DNA of 64,000 bases from Microcoleus sp. (GCA_052279835.1 CP181291.1:3584001-3648000), one strand, 5' to 3'; numbered from the stretch's first letter, positions 21,821 through 30,653 are shown. Made by a program: numbers and translations. The notes: generated from the sequence alone by a model not told the origin.

Positions 21821-22204
21821 CTAATTAGCTAAATTAGCGAAGATTTCCTGTATTAATTGGCTGGCCTTAGCATCAAGACGATTCCAATCTACATCGCCAG
21901 TATCCTCCTCAATCAAAAAAGTGTCAATTTCAACTTCCTGACTTTGGATCTCGGAGTGGGCTGGTTGGTAGTCAACAAAACAGACTCGATAACAAAGTTC
22001 CCAAATATCGATCGACCTTTGCTCCCCTTGACGCTCTAAAATGAGTTTATAGCCAGGAAAAGGAGTGTGTACTTCTTGATAAGTCCCTGTCCAAACAGAA
22101 TCTTCTAGTTGTTTGCGGATATTGTCGAGGACTCGAATCAAGGCGGGCTGCATTAGTAGTTCAGCTTGCTGCCATGCGATCGGGGTAGTTATTTTCGGCT
22201 TCAT
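21821..22204 (-). CDS. Conserved hypothetical protein
   Basis: AELLMQPALIRVLDNIRKQLE, DIWELCYRVCF. Confidence 0.75.
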   Translation of the reverse strand: MKPKITTPIAWQQAELLMQPALIRVLDNIRKQLEDSVWTGTYQEVHTPFPGYKLILERQGEQRSIDIWELCYRVCFVDYQPAHSEIQSQEVEIDTFLIEEDTGDVDWNRLDAKASQLIQEIFANLAN

Positions 22205-22244
22205 ATATCAGGATTCTAAAAAAGAAAATCAATCATAAATTAAT

Positions 22245-22594
22245 ACCGGATGCGGGAAACGAGGGAGACTTCAGTCCTTCCTAGGGAAGCGGCGCGAGGG
22301 ATTTCACTGGCCCGTGTTCTTTCTTTCTTTCTTTCTTTCTGTCTTTCTAAATATTTTGTCCATCGAGCTTGAGATATCTAGTATAATAGCTAAAAGTAGA
22401 CAAGTCAACCAATATTTAGGAAAATAGAGGTGAATCAAACCCAAAAAAAATGGGACTTCAGCAATTATTGATGTCTCATAACAAAGAAGTTAAAGCATTG
22501 TTGGAATATCTCTGCCAACAATCAGGTAAACTGTAAAATAGTGTTGTTGATTTGGTTAGTTAAACTTTTTTTAAGATAGGTAAACTGTGCGATC
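22245..22594 (+). mobile_element. Degenerate IS200/IS605 (IS1341-like) element: left-end hairpin plus tnpB 5' remnant
   Basis: GAGGGAGACTTCAGTCCTTC hairpin; from 22450 MGLQQLLMSHNKEVKALLEYLCQQSGKL*NS..*TFFKIGK resembles cyanobacterial TnpB N-termini, with in-frame stops. Confidence 0.7.
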
Positions 22595-22641
22595 TGCTAT
22601 TTTGGTTGTAGGATATCCAGATAAAAAGGTGATAACACGTA

Positions 22642-22908
22642 ATGCAAAAACAAACAGACTCTCTTAATCAGCGGTTAGAATCACCTCGTTCCAAAATTAT
22701 TAATTCCTACCTGGGAACTATTGAAGATAGCTTTAAAGAAAACCGTCCCCAACTAAAACTCATCAATTATGGTACGGGGTCAGGAAAAACTCACCAATTG
22801 TTTGAAGCAATTTATCAAACCATAGAAGAAAATAAAGATATTCAAATAATCGGTATATATGTTGCCCCATTGAGAGAACACTTATCTGTTCCCACTCTCA
22901 CGGGGTGA
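22642..22908 (+). pseudogene. Truncated N-terminus of an SF2-like helicase (DdmD-like candidate)
   Basis: Walker A YGTGSGKT and motif Ia-like IYVAPLREH, then an abrupt stop at 88 aa; AAGGTG RBS. Confidence 0.7.
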
Positions 22909-23081
22909 CAAACAGGCTAGGAAAGAGACAGGATCGACTCTTGAGCCTTCAGCCCCTGTCGATAAAATATTAGAGAATGATCGCGTGTTAAGTAATATCA
23001 TGTTAGTAGCGCGATCTGTATCTTTAGAGTTTAGAGTTTCTGGTTAGTTATAATGACATATAAGGTTCCCATCAAGGAGAA

Positions 23082-23363
23082 ATGACAATCATGGCACTTC
23101 GTCAACCTCGCGAGAGCAAAGAAGAATTTGCCCAACGAGGCGATCTGATTTATCAAACTCAAATACGCGCACAAGTCGAATTGGGTAATCAAGGCAAAAT
23201 TGTCGCGATCGACCTTGAAACTAAAGATTTTGAGGTTGATGCGAGTGAAATAGCCGCTTGCGAGCGCCTGGAAACTCGTCACCCAGATGCTCAGATATGG
23301 ATTGTTCGTATTGGTTCTCGTTATGTTCGTCGATTCGGCGGACGCACCAAGAGAACTGTATGA
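23082..23363 (+). CDS. Small protein (DUF5678-like) paired with a clan AA aspartic protease
   Basis: GKIVAIDLET..F, IWIVRIG; ATGA overlap with the next gene. Confidence 0.75.
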   Translation: MTIMALRQPRESKEEFAQRGDLIYQTQIRAQVELGNQGKIVAIDLETKDFEVDASEIAACERLETRHPDAQIWIVRIGSRYVRRFGGRTKRTV

Positions 23364-23737
23364 TCACAGGAATCGTCAACGGGGATTTTGAGGCGATGCT
23401 CTCGCTCTCAATATGTGGCTCTGATGGCAAAGTTTACATACAAGATGCGATCATCGACACTGGCTTTAATGGTTGGCTTTCATTGTCTCCAGATTTGATT
23501 GATCAGTTAAATCTGAAATGGAAAAGACGGGGACGCGCTATTCTCGGTGATGGTAGTGAATGCGTTTTTAATATCTACGAAGCAGTTGTACTTTGGGATG
23601 GGGTTTATCTGACGATCCCAATTGATGAAGCTGATTCAGAACCTCTTGTCGGAATGTCATTGATGGAAGGCTATCAACTCATGGTTCAAGTCTTTGAAGG
23701 AGGCCATGTAGAACTGTGCAAAGTAAACACGGTCTAA
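23360..23737 (+). CDS. Clan AA (retropepsin-like) aspartic protease, AF_0612 type
   Basis: MITG.V, IIDTGFNG catalytic motif, PLVGMSLM. Confidence 0.88.
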   Translation: MITGIVNGDFEAMLSLSICGSDGKVYIQDAIIDTGFNGWLSLSPDLIDQLNLKWKRRGRAILGDGSECVFNIYEAVVLWDGVYLTIPIDEADSEPLVGMSLMEGYQLMVQVFEGGHVELCKVNTV

Positions 23738-23759
23738 TTCTAAGTTAGAGCGCGATCGT

Positions 23760-24026
23760 GCTGTAAATACCAAAGTCCCGCGAAACTTTGCTCAGACTTA
23801 GTGTTGACCTTTGAGAGGAGAAACTTGTGGCACAGGCATCTTGCCTGTGACGGGAAAGATGCCCGTTCGTTCCACGCGGTTTTCACTGTTACGGCTCATG
23901 TTTTTGAGTCGAATCGTGCGCCGAAATTGATTAAGAAAGAGAGATTATGATGGGCAGTAAGAAGGGGTTGACATCAATTCGTGATTGGCGGTAATACTGT
24001 GTCAGAAACGATGTTATACCGCATCT
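23760..24026 (+). repeat. ~265-bp intergenic direct repeat, copy 1
   Basis: Aligns by eye to 24843-25103; includes the identical core TTTTTGAGTCGAATCGTGCGCCGAAATTGATTAAGAAAGAGAGATTATGAT. Confidence 0.92.
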
Positions 24027-24268
24027 GTGGTATAATTATAAGTGAGCATTCCACGCACGGAGCGCGTTGAGGCAGTAAGAAAGAGAACTTTCTTAAGAGC
24101 CTGTAATTCTGGGTGCTCTTTCAGTAAGAGCTTTGATCAGATCCTACTAATACCAAACTCTGAATTTAGTTTTGGAGAACAAATGTATGAGCCCTTGGGA
24201 ACCTGCTGGTAACGGCTTCCCCCTCTAAAGTTGATCAACGATAAAAAAACATTACCGAGAGGCTGATA

Positions 24269-24493
24269 ATGTCAGTTCTACTTGACAGAGTTACTATAAA
24301 TCCTAGACAGTGTGGTGGTCGTCCCTGTATCCGAGGCATGAGAATTCGGGTGTCAGATGTGCTAGATCTCTTTGCCGCGGGGCTCAGCGCAGGAGAAATT
24401 TTAGAGGAAATGCCTGATCTGGAAGCAGATGATCTGAAGGCATCGCTTTTATATGCCTCACGGAAACTTAATCACCCAGTTTTAGTGTCATGA
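24269..24493 (+). CDS. DUF433 antitoxin
   Basis: CGGRPCIRGMRIRVSDVLDL..G.S..EILEE.PDLE. Confidence 0.92.
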   Translation: MSVLLDRVTINPRQCGGRPCIRGMRIRVSDVLDLFAAGLSAGEILEEMPDLEADDLKASLLYASRKLNHPVLVS

Positions 24494-24828
24494 CAATTTG
24501 GGTGGATGCACATCTGTCTCCTGCAATTGCCACCTGGATTGGCAGCACGTTTGAGATTGAAACTGTGGCTTTGCGTGATCTTGGACTAAGAGATGCCGAA
24601 GATCCCGAAATCTTTGAGGCTGCAAAAGCTCAAGAAGCGATCGTGATGACTAAAGACAGCGATTTTGTCGATTTGGTTGAGCGGCTCGGTTCCCCTCCAC
24701 AAATTATTTGGCTGACTTGTGGCAATACCTCTAATGCTCGGTTGCGTGAAATTCTGAGGGAGACATTGCCCAGAGCTTTAGAACTGTTAGCTGCTGGCGA
24801 GACATTAGTAGAAATTAGCGGAGACTAG
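24490..24828 (+). CDS. DUF5615 PIN-like toxin (VapC45 type)
   Basis: WVDAHLSP, DPEIFEAA, TKDSDF, PPQIIWLTCGNTSN; ATGA overlap. Confidence 0.9.
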   Translation: MTIWVDAHLSPAIATWIGSTFEIETVALRDLGLRDAEDPEIFEAAKAQEAIVMTKDSDFVDLVERLGSPPQIIWLTCGNTSNARLREILRETLPRALELLAAGETLVEISGD

Positions 24829-24842
24829 CTGTATGGGCTAAC

Positions 24843-25103
24843 GCTGTAAATACCCAAGCCCGACTAAACTTTGATCAGACTATAGTGTTTCTATTTGAGA
24901 GGTTAAATTTGTGGCACAGGCCTAAGGCCTGTGACAGGCATTCCCTTCGGCGGTTTTCACTGTTACGACTCATATTTTTGAGTCGAATCGTGCGCCGAAA
25001 TTGATTAAGAAAGAGAGATTATGATAGGCAGTAAGAAGAGGTTGACATCAATCCGCGATTGGCGGTAATATTATTGTGTCAGAAGCGATATTATACCACA
25101 TCT
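24843..25103 (+). repeat. ~265-bp intergenic direct repeat, copy 2, containing a sigma70-like promoter
   Basis: Homologous to 23760-24026; TTGACA (25042)-N18-TAATAT (25066). Confidence 0.92.
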
Positions 25104-25138
25104 ACCGTGTTATGGTTTTGAGTCAAGGAGAACATTGA

Positions 25139-26014
25139 ATGCCAGCCAATCTATTCAAAAACTTTGACTTTAATCTTCTTGATTCACCAGACTTCAAGGA
25201 AGATTCTGTCCGCGAAGAACTCATAACGCCATTACTACACGCTTTGGGATATCAAGCTAGTGGCGCATTTCAAATTCTACGAAGCAAGGTGTTGGTACAT
25301 CCATTTGTGATGATTGGAACAAAACAGCACAAAGTTAATATAATTCCAGATTACTTGCTACGAGTAAAAAATCATTTTGCTTGGGTATTAGATGCAAAAC
25401 GTCCAGATCAGAAAATAGTGAATGATACCAATGTTGAACAAGTTTATAGTTATGCTATTCATCCTGAAGTGAGAGTAGATATATACGCTTTGTGTAATGG
25501 ACGCGAGTTAGTTGTATTTCACATCAACCATATTGAACCCATTCTTAATGTCGCCCTGCAAGACGTTGAGAATAAATGGTCAGATATTGAGAAATTACTA
25601 TCTCCATACACTGTCCTCAGCTATCAACCTAGACCTAAAAATTTATATCCTGATTACGGCCGGCATTTGTACAAATTAGGTTACACCGATCAAAACATTG
25701 CACACTTCTTTTACGAGATGCCAGTCGATCATATTGCTCGAGTCGATGACGAAACACTTTCCATACTCGTCAATTTAGCTCCTGATGGGGTTGAATTTGC
25801 ACTCTCTTTTGATTTTAGTTTTGAAAGATTAGTAGAGCTTGTAAATCTTGCACCAGAAAACCAACAGCACTATATTTTGGACGGCTTGAGGCGACAGCCT
25901 TATAAAGTAAATATTGTGCCTCCGTTCACTGTCAGTGTAGAAGCGTATCTAGGTTCTCTAACTAAAGCGGAATTTGAAGATATAATGCCTATGATTGTGA
26001 AAAAGTTTTATTGA
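25139..26014 (+). CDS. Type I restriction HsdR N-terminal (PD-(D/E)XK nuclease) domain protein, cassette-borne
   Basis: EDSVREELITPLLHALGY, IPDY, VLDAKRP, QVYSYA, ALCNG; no hsdM/hsdS nearby. Confidence 0.8.
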   Translation: MPANLFKNFDFNLLDSPDFKEDSVREELITPLLHALGYQASGAFQILRSKVLVHPFVMIGTKQHKVNIIPDYLLRVKNHFAWVLDAKRPDQKIVNDTNVEQVYSYAIHPEVRVDIYALCNGRELVVFHINHIEPILNVALQDVENKWSDIEKLLSPYTVLSYQPRPKNLYPDYGRHLYKLGYTDQNIAHFFYEMPVDHIARVDDETLSILVNLAPDGVEFALSFDFSFERLVELVNLAPENQQHYILDGLRRQPYKVNIVPPFTVSVEAYLGSLTKAEFEDIMPMIVKKFY

Positions 26015-26019
26015 GCGCA

Positions 26020-26107
26020 GTATAACAATTCTGGTGCAGCGGATTGAACCGAAGCCGCTTGGGTGAGGTGCAAAGATCTCGGCAACCGCTGACCAGAACC
26101 GTTAGAG
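26020..26107 (+). other. Integron attC recombination site
   Basis: R'' GTATAAC, 5-nt spacer, L arm TTCTGGTgCAGCGG pairing with CCGCTGACCAGAA with one extrahelical base, 5-nt spacer, R' GTTAGAG; begins 6 nt after the stop codon. Confidence 0.82.
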
Positions 26108-26172
26108 TACGATCGCGCCTTCTCAATCCCCACGATCGCGCTTCCTCAATCCCCACGATCGCGCTTCCTCAG
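26108..26172. repeat. 23-bp tandem repeat x~3 built on a HIP1-like ACGATCGC
   Basis: ACGATCGCGC(C/T)T(T/C)CTCAATCCCC units. Confidence 0.85.
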
Positions 26173-26187
26173 CCTGCGATTGGATGT

Positions 26188-26446
26188 CTAATGAGTAAGT
26201 ATCCCCTGATCTCCATCTAATTCTGCCATAACTCCTACGGGTAACGCGGCATTAACACCATTATGGCCAAAGGGAAGATCCGACACAATGGGAATATTTA
26301 AGTCAGAGAGACGATCGCGCAATACTTCGGCAACAGTAAAACTAGGAATATGAGGGGGCGGATCACAATTACTAAATCTCCCTAACGCGATCGCGCTAAC
26401 ACCTTCAAAAACCCCCATCATGCGCCATTGAGTTAACATTCGATCG
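26188..26446 (-). pseudogene. C-terminal fragment of an LD-carboxypeptidase (peptidase S66)
   Basis: IDRMLTQW, ALGRFS.C, LPFGH motifs; 5' part absent, breaks at CGATCG. Confidence 0.85.
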
Positions 26447-27667
26447 ATTCAACTCGAACCGGAAACAAACTATTTGGTTTTTAATAAACTTTTAGAGGAA
26501 GACGCGGGTTCGATGGCTTACCAGAGAAAAGACGCTCTCTGGTGTCCATCAACAACATTAGATCATAAATCGCCAATAGATTTCTATTCACAGTTAAAGA
26601 AAAGATTTAACTATTTAGAGACAGGAGTTTTTGTGAGTATGCAGGGGATAAATATACCTGAATTTACTGCTCTCGCCAAGAATAAATCAGCTTGGGCGGT
26701 TCTTAATTATACAGATACAGATAAAAACAAAATTGATCGAGATAGTCTCCACGAGGATACGAAAGCTTTTACAGAGGGGAAATTGTTGGATGTAGAGGGT
26801 TCTATTTTTTGTTATCTAAAAGGACAAGAAGATAGCAAACAATGGGAAAGTTTCTGCGATAAATACAAGATAAAGATTTTACCTGAATTTGAGAAAGTCT
26901 TGATTGAGTTGGGAATTAAAAACTGGATCGCGCAGAGTTTGTCAAATCCGAACTTGGGCTTGCGTATTACTCCTCCTAAATCATTTCCTGAAAAACAATT
27001 TTTTAGTATTTATGTACGCAGCCCCAAAAAGCAGGACGCTAAAGCGGTTGCGGTAGAATTTATTTACAAAGATGGTTGCATATATATAAAAAATGTCATC
27101 CGCGAGCTGAAAACTATCGAATCGAAATTTCGATTTTTAAGAAAGAGAAAAAATGACTCAGAAAAATTAATTAACGCTCAAGAATATTTGGTAGATGAAT
27201 CAGAGAAGCTGTATATTAGTTGTTATACAGATAATTTTTATACGCCAACATTAATTGGACGTGTTGGTATTATTGAAGATATGGAAAGCGGAGAACTGAC
27301 AATCGATCGAAAAAACAAAGGTGAAAATAGTAGTAGATTTTTACCTTTGGTATCCCATTATAACAGCGAGATTAAACCTATTAACAAAATCCAAAAGATG
27401 ATAAGTTTGGATTTGAAGAACGAAACATTTATTCAGTATTATGTTCCTCCAGCACAAAATATCGGAGGATCGATTCAGAAAGGGTTTAGAGTCTATCATT
27501 TGATTGGAAATAGATATTCCAAAGAGTCAATTCTTACCTCTGAGCTGATCGATCATCCCATCACAGCTTTACATTTTAGTACGCTGACTCAAGATGTTTT
27601 AAAAATAGGGGAAAACAGTCAATCGTCATTGTTACAAAAAGTAGCCAAAGTATTAATTGAAAATTAA
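26441..27667 (+). pseudogene. N-terminally truncated protein with prokaryotic Argonaute MID/PIWI-like motifs (DdmE-like candidate)
   Basis: Frame open from the CGATCG junction; DFYSQLKKRF..SMQG..EKVLIELGIK fits the Y-K-Q-K 5'-phosphate pocket pattern; no obvious DEDX tetrad; AT-rich. Confidence 0.55.
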
Positions 27668-27684
27668 AAATAGGCTGAATTTGA

Positions 27685-27816
27685 ATGCTGATTCCAGAAA
27701 ACATCCAGATATTTCAGCGATCCCAGAAGAGCATCCGATACACTCACATCTGGTATGATGCCGGAGAAAAGTATCAACGTCAGCTAGAAGCAAACCTGGT
27801 AATTAGGGCCGATCGC
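27685..27816 (+). pseudogene. 5' fragment of an unknown gene truncated at a HIP1-like site
   Basis: Starts 18 nt after the previous stop; runs into CCGATCGC and a dispersed repeat. Confidence 0.4.
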
Positions 27817-27925
27817 AATCCTCGATCCTCTTCGAGGGCTTCGCTAACGCCATTGGGACTGGTAAATTTGCTAACCATACGTGCCATAATCAGCCATATT
27901 ATTTGAAGTGCGATCGCCCGAACCT

Positions 27926-29680
27926 ATGGATGCGCTAATCGGCAAAACTTTACAGGGTGGAAAATACACCCTCGAACAAGAATTGGGACGCGGGGGCTTT
28001 GGAATTACCTTCAGGGCACATCACCGCTATTTAGGACAATTTGTAGTCATCAAAACCCTGAACGAATCTCTGCGACAGCAACCCAATTTTGCCGAGTTCG
28101 ATCGCAAATTTCAAGACGAAGCCAGACGTTTGGCTTCCTGCGTTCATCCCAATATAGTCCGCGTCAGCGATTTCTTTGTGGAAGACGGCCAGCCCTACAT
28201 GGTGATGGACTACGTTCCAGGGCAGAACTTGGGCGAGGTAGTATTGCCAAATCGGCCACTTCCAGAAGCTGTCGCCATTTCCTACATAACTCAAATCGGC
28301 GCAGCTTTGAAAGTAGTTCATCAAAAAGGCTTGCTGCACCGAGATATCAAGCCGCAAAACATTCTGCTGCGCCAAAATACCCAGGAAGTTGTGCTGATCG
28401 ATTTTGGCATCGCCCGCGAGTATACCAGCGGTGCAACTCAATCTCACACTAATATGGTTTCCGACGGCTACGCGCCACCAGAACAGTATTTTGCTCAAGG
28501 AAAATACACGCCGGCCACAGATGTTTACGGTCTGGCGGCGACGCTTTATACTTTGCTAACTGGACAAGTGCCGATCGCAGCAATTCTGCGTACCAGTCAG
28601 CCTTCACCCACACCGCGGGATTTGCAGCCCCAAGTCAGTCCCACAGTCAGTCAAGCGGTGATGCGAGGGATGACTGTAGAAGCTCAAAATCGCCCTGCTA
28701 CCATCGATGAATGGCTGTCGCTGCTGTCGAACTCGCCAGCATCAATGACTGGGCCGACCCTGGCAGTGATGCCGGGACACGGGCCTCAGATGCCTGCGGG
28801 AGCGAGAACAACGCCTGCTGTCGTGCCTTCTGGGGAACGTAACAGTAAAATTTGGTTGATTTTGGGGTTGATGGCGATCGCCCTTATTTTCGCAGGATTT
28901 GTGGGTATAGCCAGGATTTTGCTGAACAGGCCCTCAGCAGCACCCGCACCGGTAGCCAAGGACGATCGCACTTCTGCACCCGCCACTCCAGAAGCGCGCG
29001 ATAATAACCGACAGACTCCAATCCCCGAACCGGCATTAACTCCCGCACCCGCCAGACAAACTCCAACTCCCGAACCTGAAAACAGTCCAACTCCCAAACA
29101 AACACCCACACCGGCGGTAGAAACTCCCACCCCAGCCCCAACACCAACTCCTGCGGCCGAGTCCCCCGCACCCATAAATAAACCTGTTGAAGAACAAAGG
29201 CCGATCGATCGAACCTCGCCAGCACCCTCACCCTCACCCCGTCCAGAACAACCAGCCACAACTTATCAAAAAGTTCCTACCATACCTGGTTTTCCGGTTG
29301 GTACAGCCGAAACAGAGGTAGTAGCTGCCTTGGGAACCCCAACAGACACTCAAGCCAAGGGCTATTGGCCCAATACTCGCACCGCACTTTACGAAATATT
29401 GCCCAATCGGATTACTCTCGGCTACATTTACGATCGCGATTCGGGCGAGTTAGTACAAACAGAGGGTTCTTTTGCTCAGTCTGTGGACGATTTGGTAGTG
29501 CGAACCGCGTTAAACGGGATGTTGGGCGGGGCAGATCGAGATATCATGCAAGGGTTCCGAGACGTGCAGCAGCGGCGGACTAATCGGTTTACTTTCAAGA
29601 AGGGTTCCCTCGAAGGTACGATCGAACGCAACAATCGCGATCGAATTTACATCGGCGTCTGGGACGAAAACTTGCATTAA
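27926..29680 (+). CDS. Hanks-type Ser/Thr protein kinase with TM helix and Pro-rich linker
   Basis: LGRGGFG, VVIK, HRDIKPQN, DFG, GYAPPEQ, DVYGL. Confidence 0.95.
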   Translation: MDALIGKTLQGGKYTLEQELGRGGFGITFRAHHRYLGQFVVIKTLNESLRQQPNFAEFDRKFQDEARRLASCVHPNIVRVSDFFVEDGQPYMVMDYVPGQNLGEVVLPNRPLPEAVAISYITQIGAALKVVHQKGLLHRDIKPQNILLRQNTQEVVLIDFGIAREYTSGATQSHTNMVSDGYAPPEQYFAQGKYTPATDVYGLAATLYTLLTGQVPIAAILRTSQPSPTPRDLQPQVSPTVSQAVMRGMTVEAQNRPATIDEWLSLLSNSPASMTGPTLAVMPGHGPQMPAGARTTPAVVPSGERNSKIWLILGLMAIALIFAGFVGIARILLNRPSAAPAPVAKDDRTSAPATPEARDNNRQTPIPEPALTPAPARQTPTPEPENSPTPKQTPTPAVETPTPAPTPTPAAESPAPINKPVEEQRPIDRTSPAPSPSPRPEQPATTYQKVPTIPGFPVGTAETEVVAALGTPTDTQAKGYWPNTRTALYEILPNRITLGYIYDRDSGELVQTEGSFAQSVDDLVVRTALNGMLGGADRDIMQGFRDVQQRRTNRFTFKKGSLEGTIERNNRDRIYIGVWDENLH

Positions 29681-29798
29681 GAAGGAAGAAGTCACCCGCC
29701 CTACCCCAGGGCGGTTTCATGCCATGGTAGGGGCCGTGCCCCCGTGCCGGCCCTGGGAGTGCTCAGCTTGATACCAAAGTCTAAAACTTAAAATCGAG

Positions 29799-29827
29799 TT
29801 GACGTCATACACAATCATGTCTATCAT
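29799..29827 (+). promoter_or_regulatory. sigma70-type promoter of ssrA
   Basis: TTGACG-N17-TATCAT just upstream of the tmRNA. Confidence 0.7.
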
Positions 29828-29841
29828 GAAAGTATGCACGA

Positions 29842-30229
29842 GGGGCTGTAATGGTTTCGACAGGGTGGCGAAAGCTGCTCCGTGATGCAGGTCGAGAGTG
29901 AGTCTCCTCTCGTAAATATCGGCTCAAACAAAATAGTAAATGCGAACAACATCGTTCCTTTCGCTCGCAAAGCCGTAGCTGTAGCCTAAAAACTTCTTGA
30001 GCTTGGTTTAGAGTGTATGCCACCTAACTCCGTTAACGGTAGCATAACAACCCCCAACGGATGCCCTAGCTAAACGTTTCTAGTCGCGTCGCTGGGAAAG
30101 CAATCACTAGAAAATCCTCCCATTTAGGATAAAGATGGTTCCCGCCCCGAGGATTAGAGGGGATAAACCTGTGAACGATCGGAAGGTAAATACCCGCTTT
30201 GGACGGCAGTTCGATTCTGCCCAGTTCCA
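29842..30229 (+). ncRNA. ssrA: tmRNA; tag peptide ANNIVPFARKAVAVA* at 29942-29989
   Basis: 5' GGGGCTGTAATGGTTTCGAC, cyanobacterial-type tag, 3' T-arm GGCAGTTCGATTCTGCC-CAGTTCCA. Confidence 0.97.
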
Positions 30230-30288
30230 TAAAAAAGGTAGCGTAAAATCAATGGTTTAAACCATTTGAAAGTTACTTTAAAGCATCA

Positions 30289-30324
30289 AAAAAGGGCAGA
30301 GAGTTAACTCTCTGCCCTTTTGTT
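30289..30324 (+). terminator. Intrinsic terminator
   Basis: AAAAGGGCAGAGAG-TTAA-CTCTCTGCCCTTTT. Confidence 0.8.
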
Positions 30325-30653
30325 TGGCGTATATGTTGCTCTAAGCATAGGTAGTCAGAAAACGGGTTTTTGCCAGAAAACTTCGTTACACCACGCAGAA
30401 ACGCATAAAAACCCGGTTTCTTTGGTCTTTCCCCACAAACACTCAACAGTCAACCATAAGTTACCAACCCATTAGCTAAGCTGGGGGATCAAATAACTAG
30501 AATTTCACCCCGTCCGTCCGTTCTTGTAGCCTGTCGGGCGATATACTGATATGCGGTAAAGCATTAAAAATCTTTACAAACACCTACTCTCCAAGCGTAC
30601 TCCTACTAAGGGTAGGTGCAAAAATATATGCGATCGCTCATTCATCTGGAAAC

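Noticed and set aside
23760..25103. Direct repeats as composite-transposon IS copies
   Set aside because: No transposase, terminal inverted repeats or target duplication visible
29805..30023. 72-aa ORF
   Set aside because: Antisense to the tmRNA
30230..30290. Integrative element at the ssrA 3' end
   Set aside because: No integrase and no duplicated ssrA 3' end in the window; only a short AATGGTTTAAACCATT palindrome
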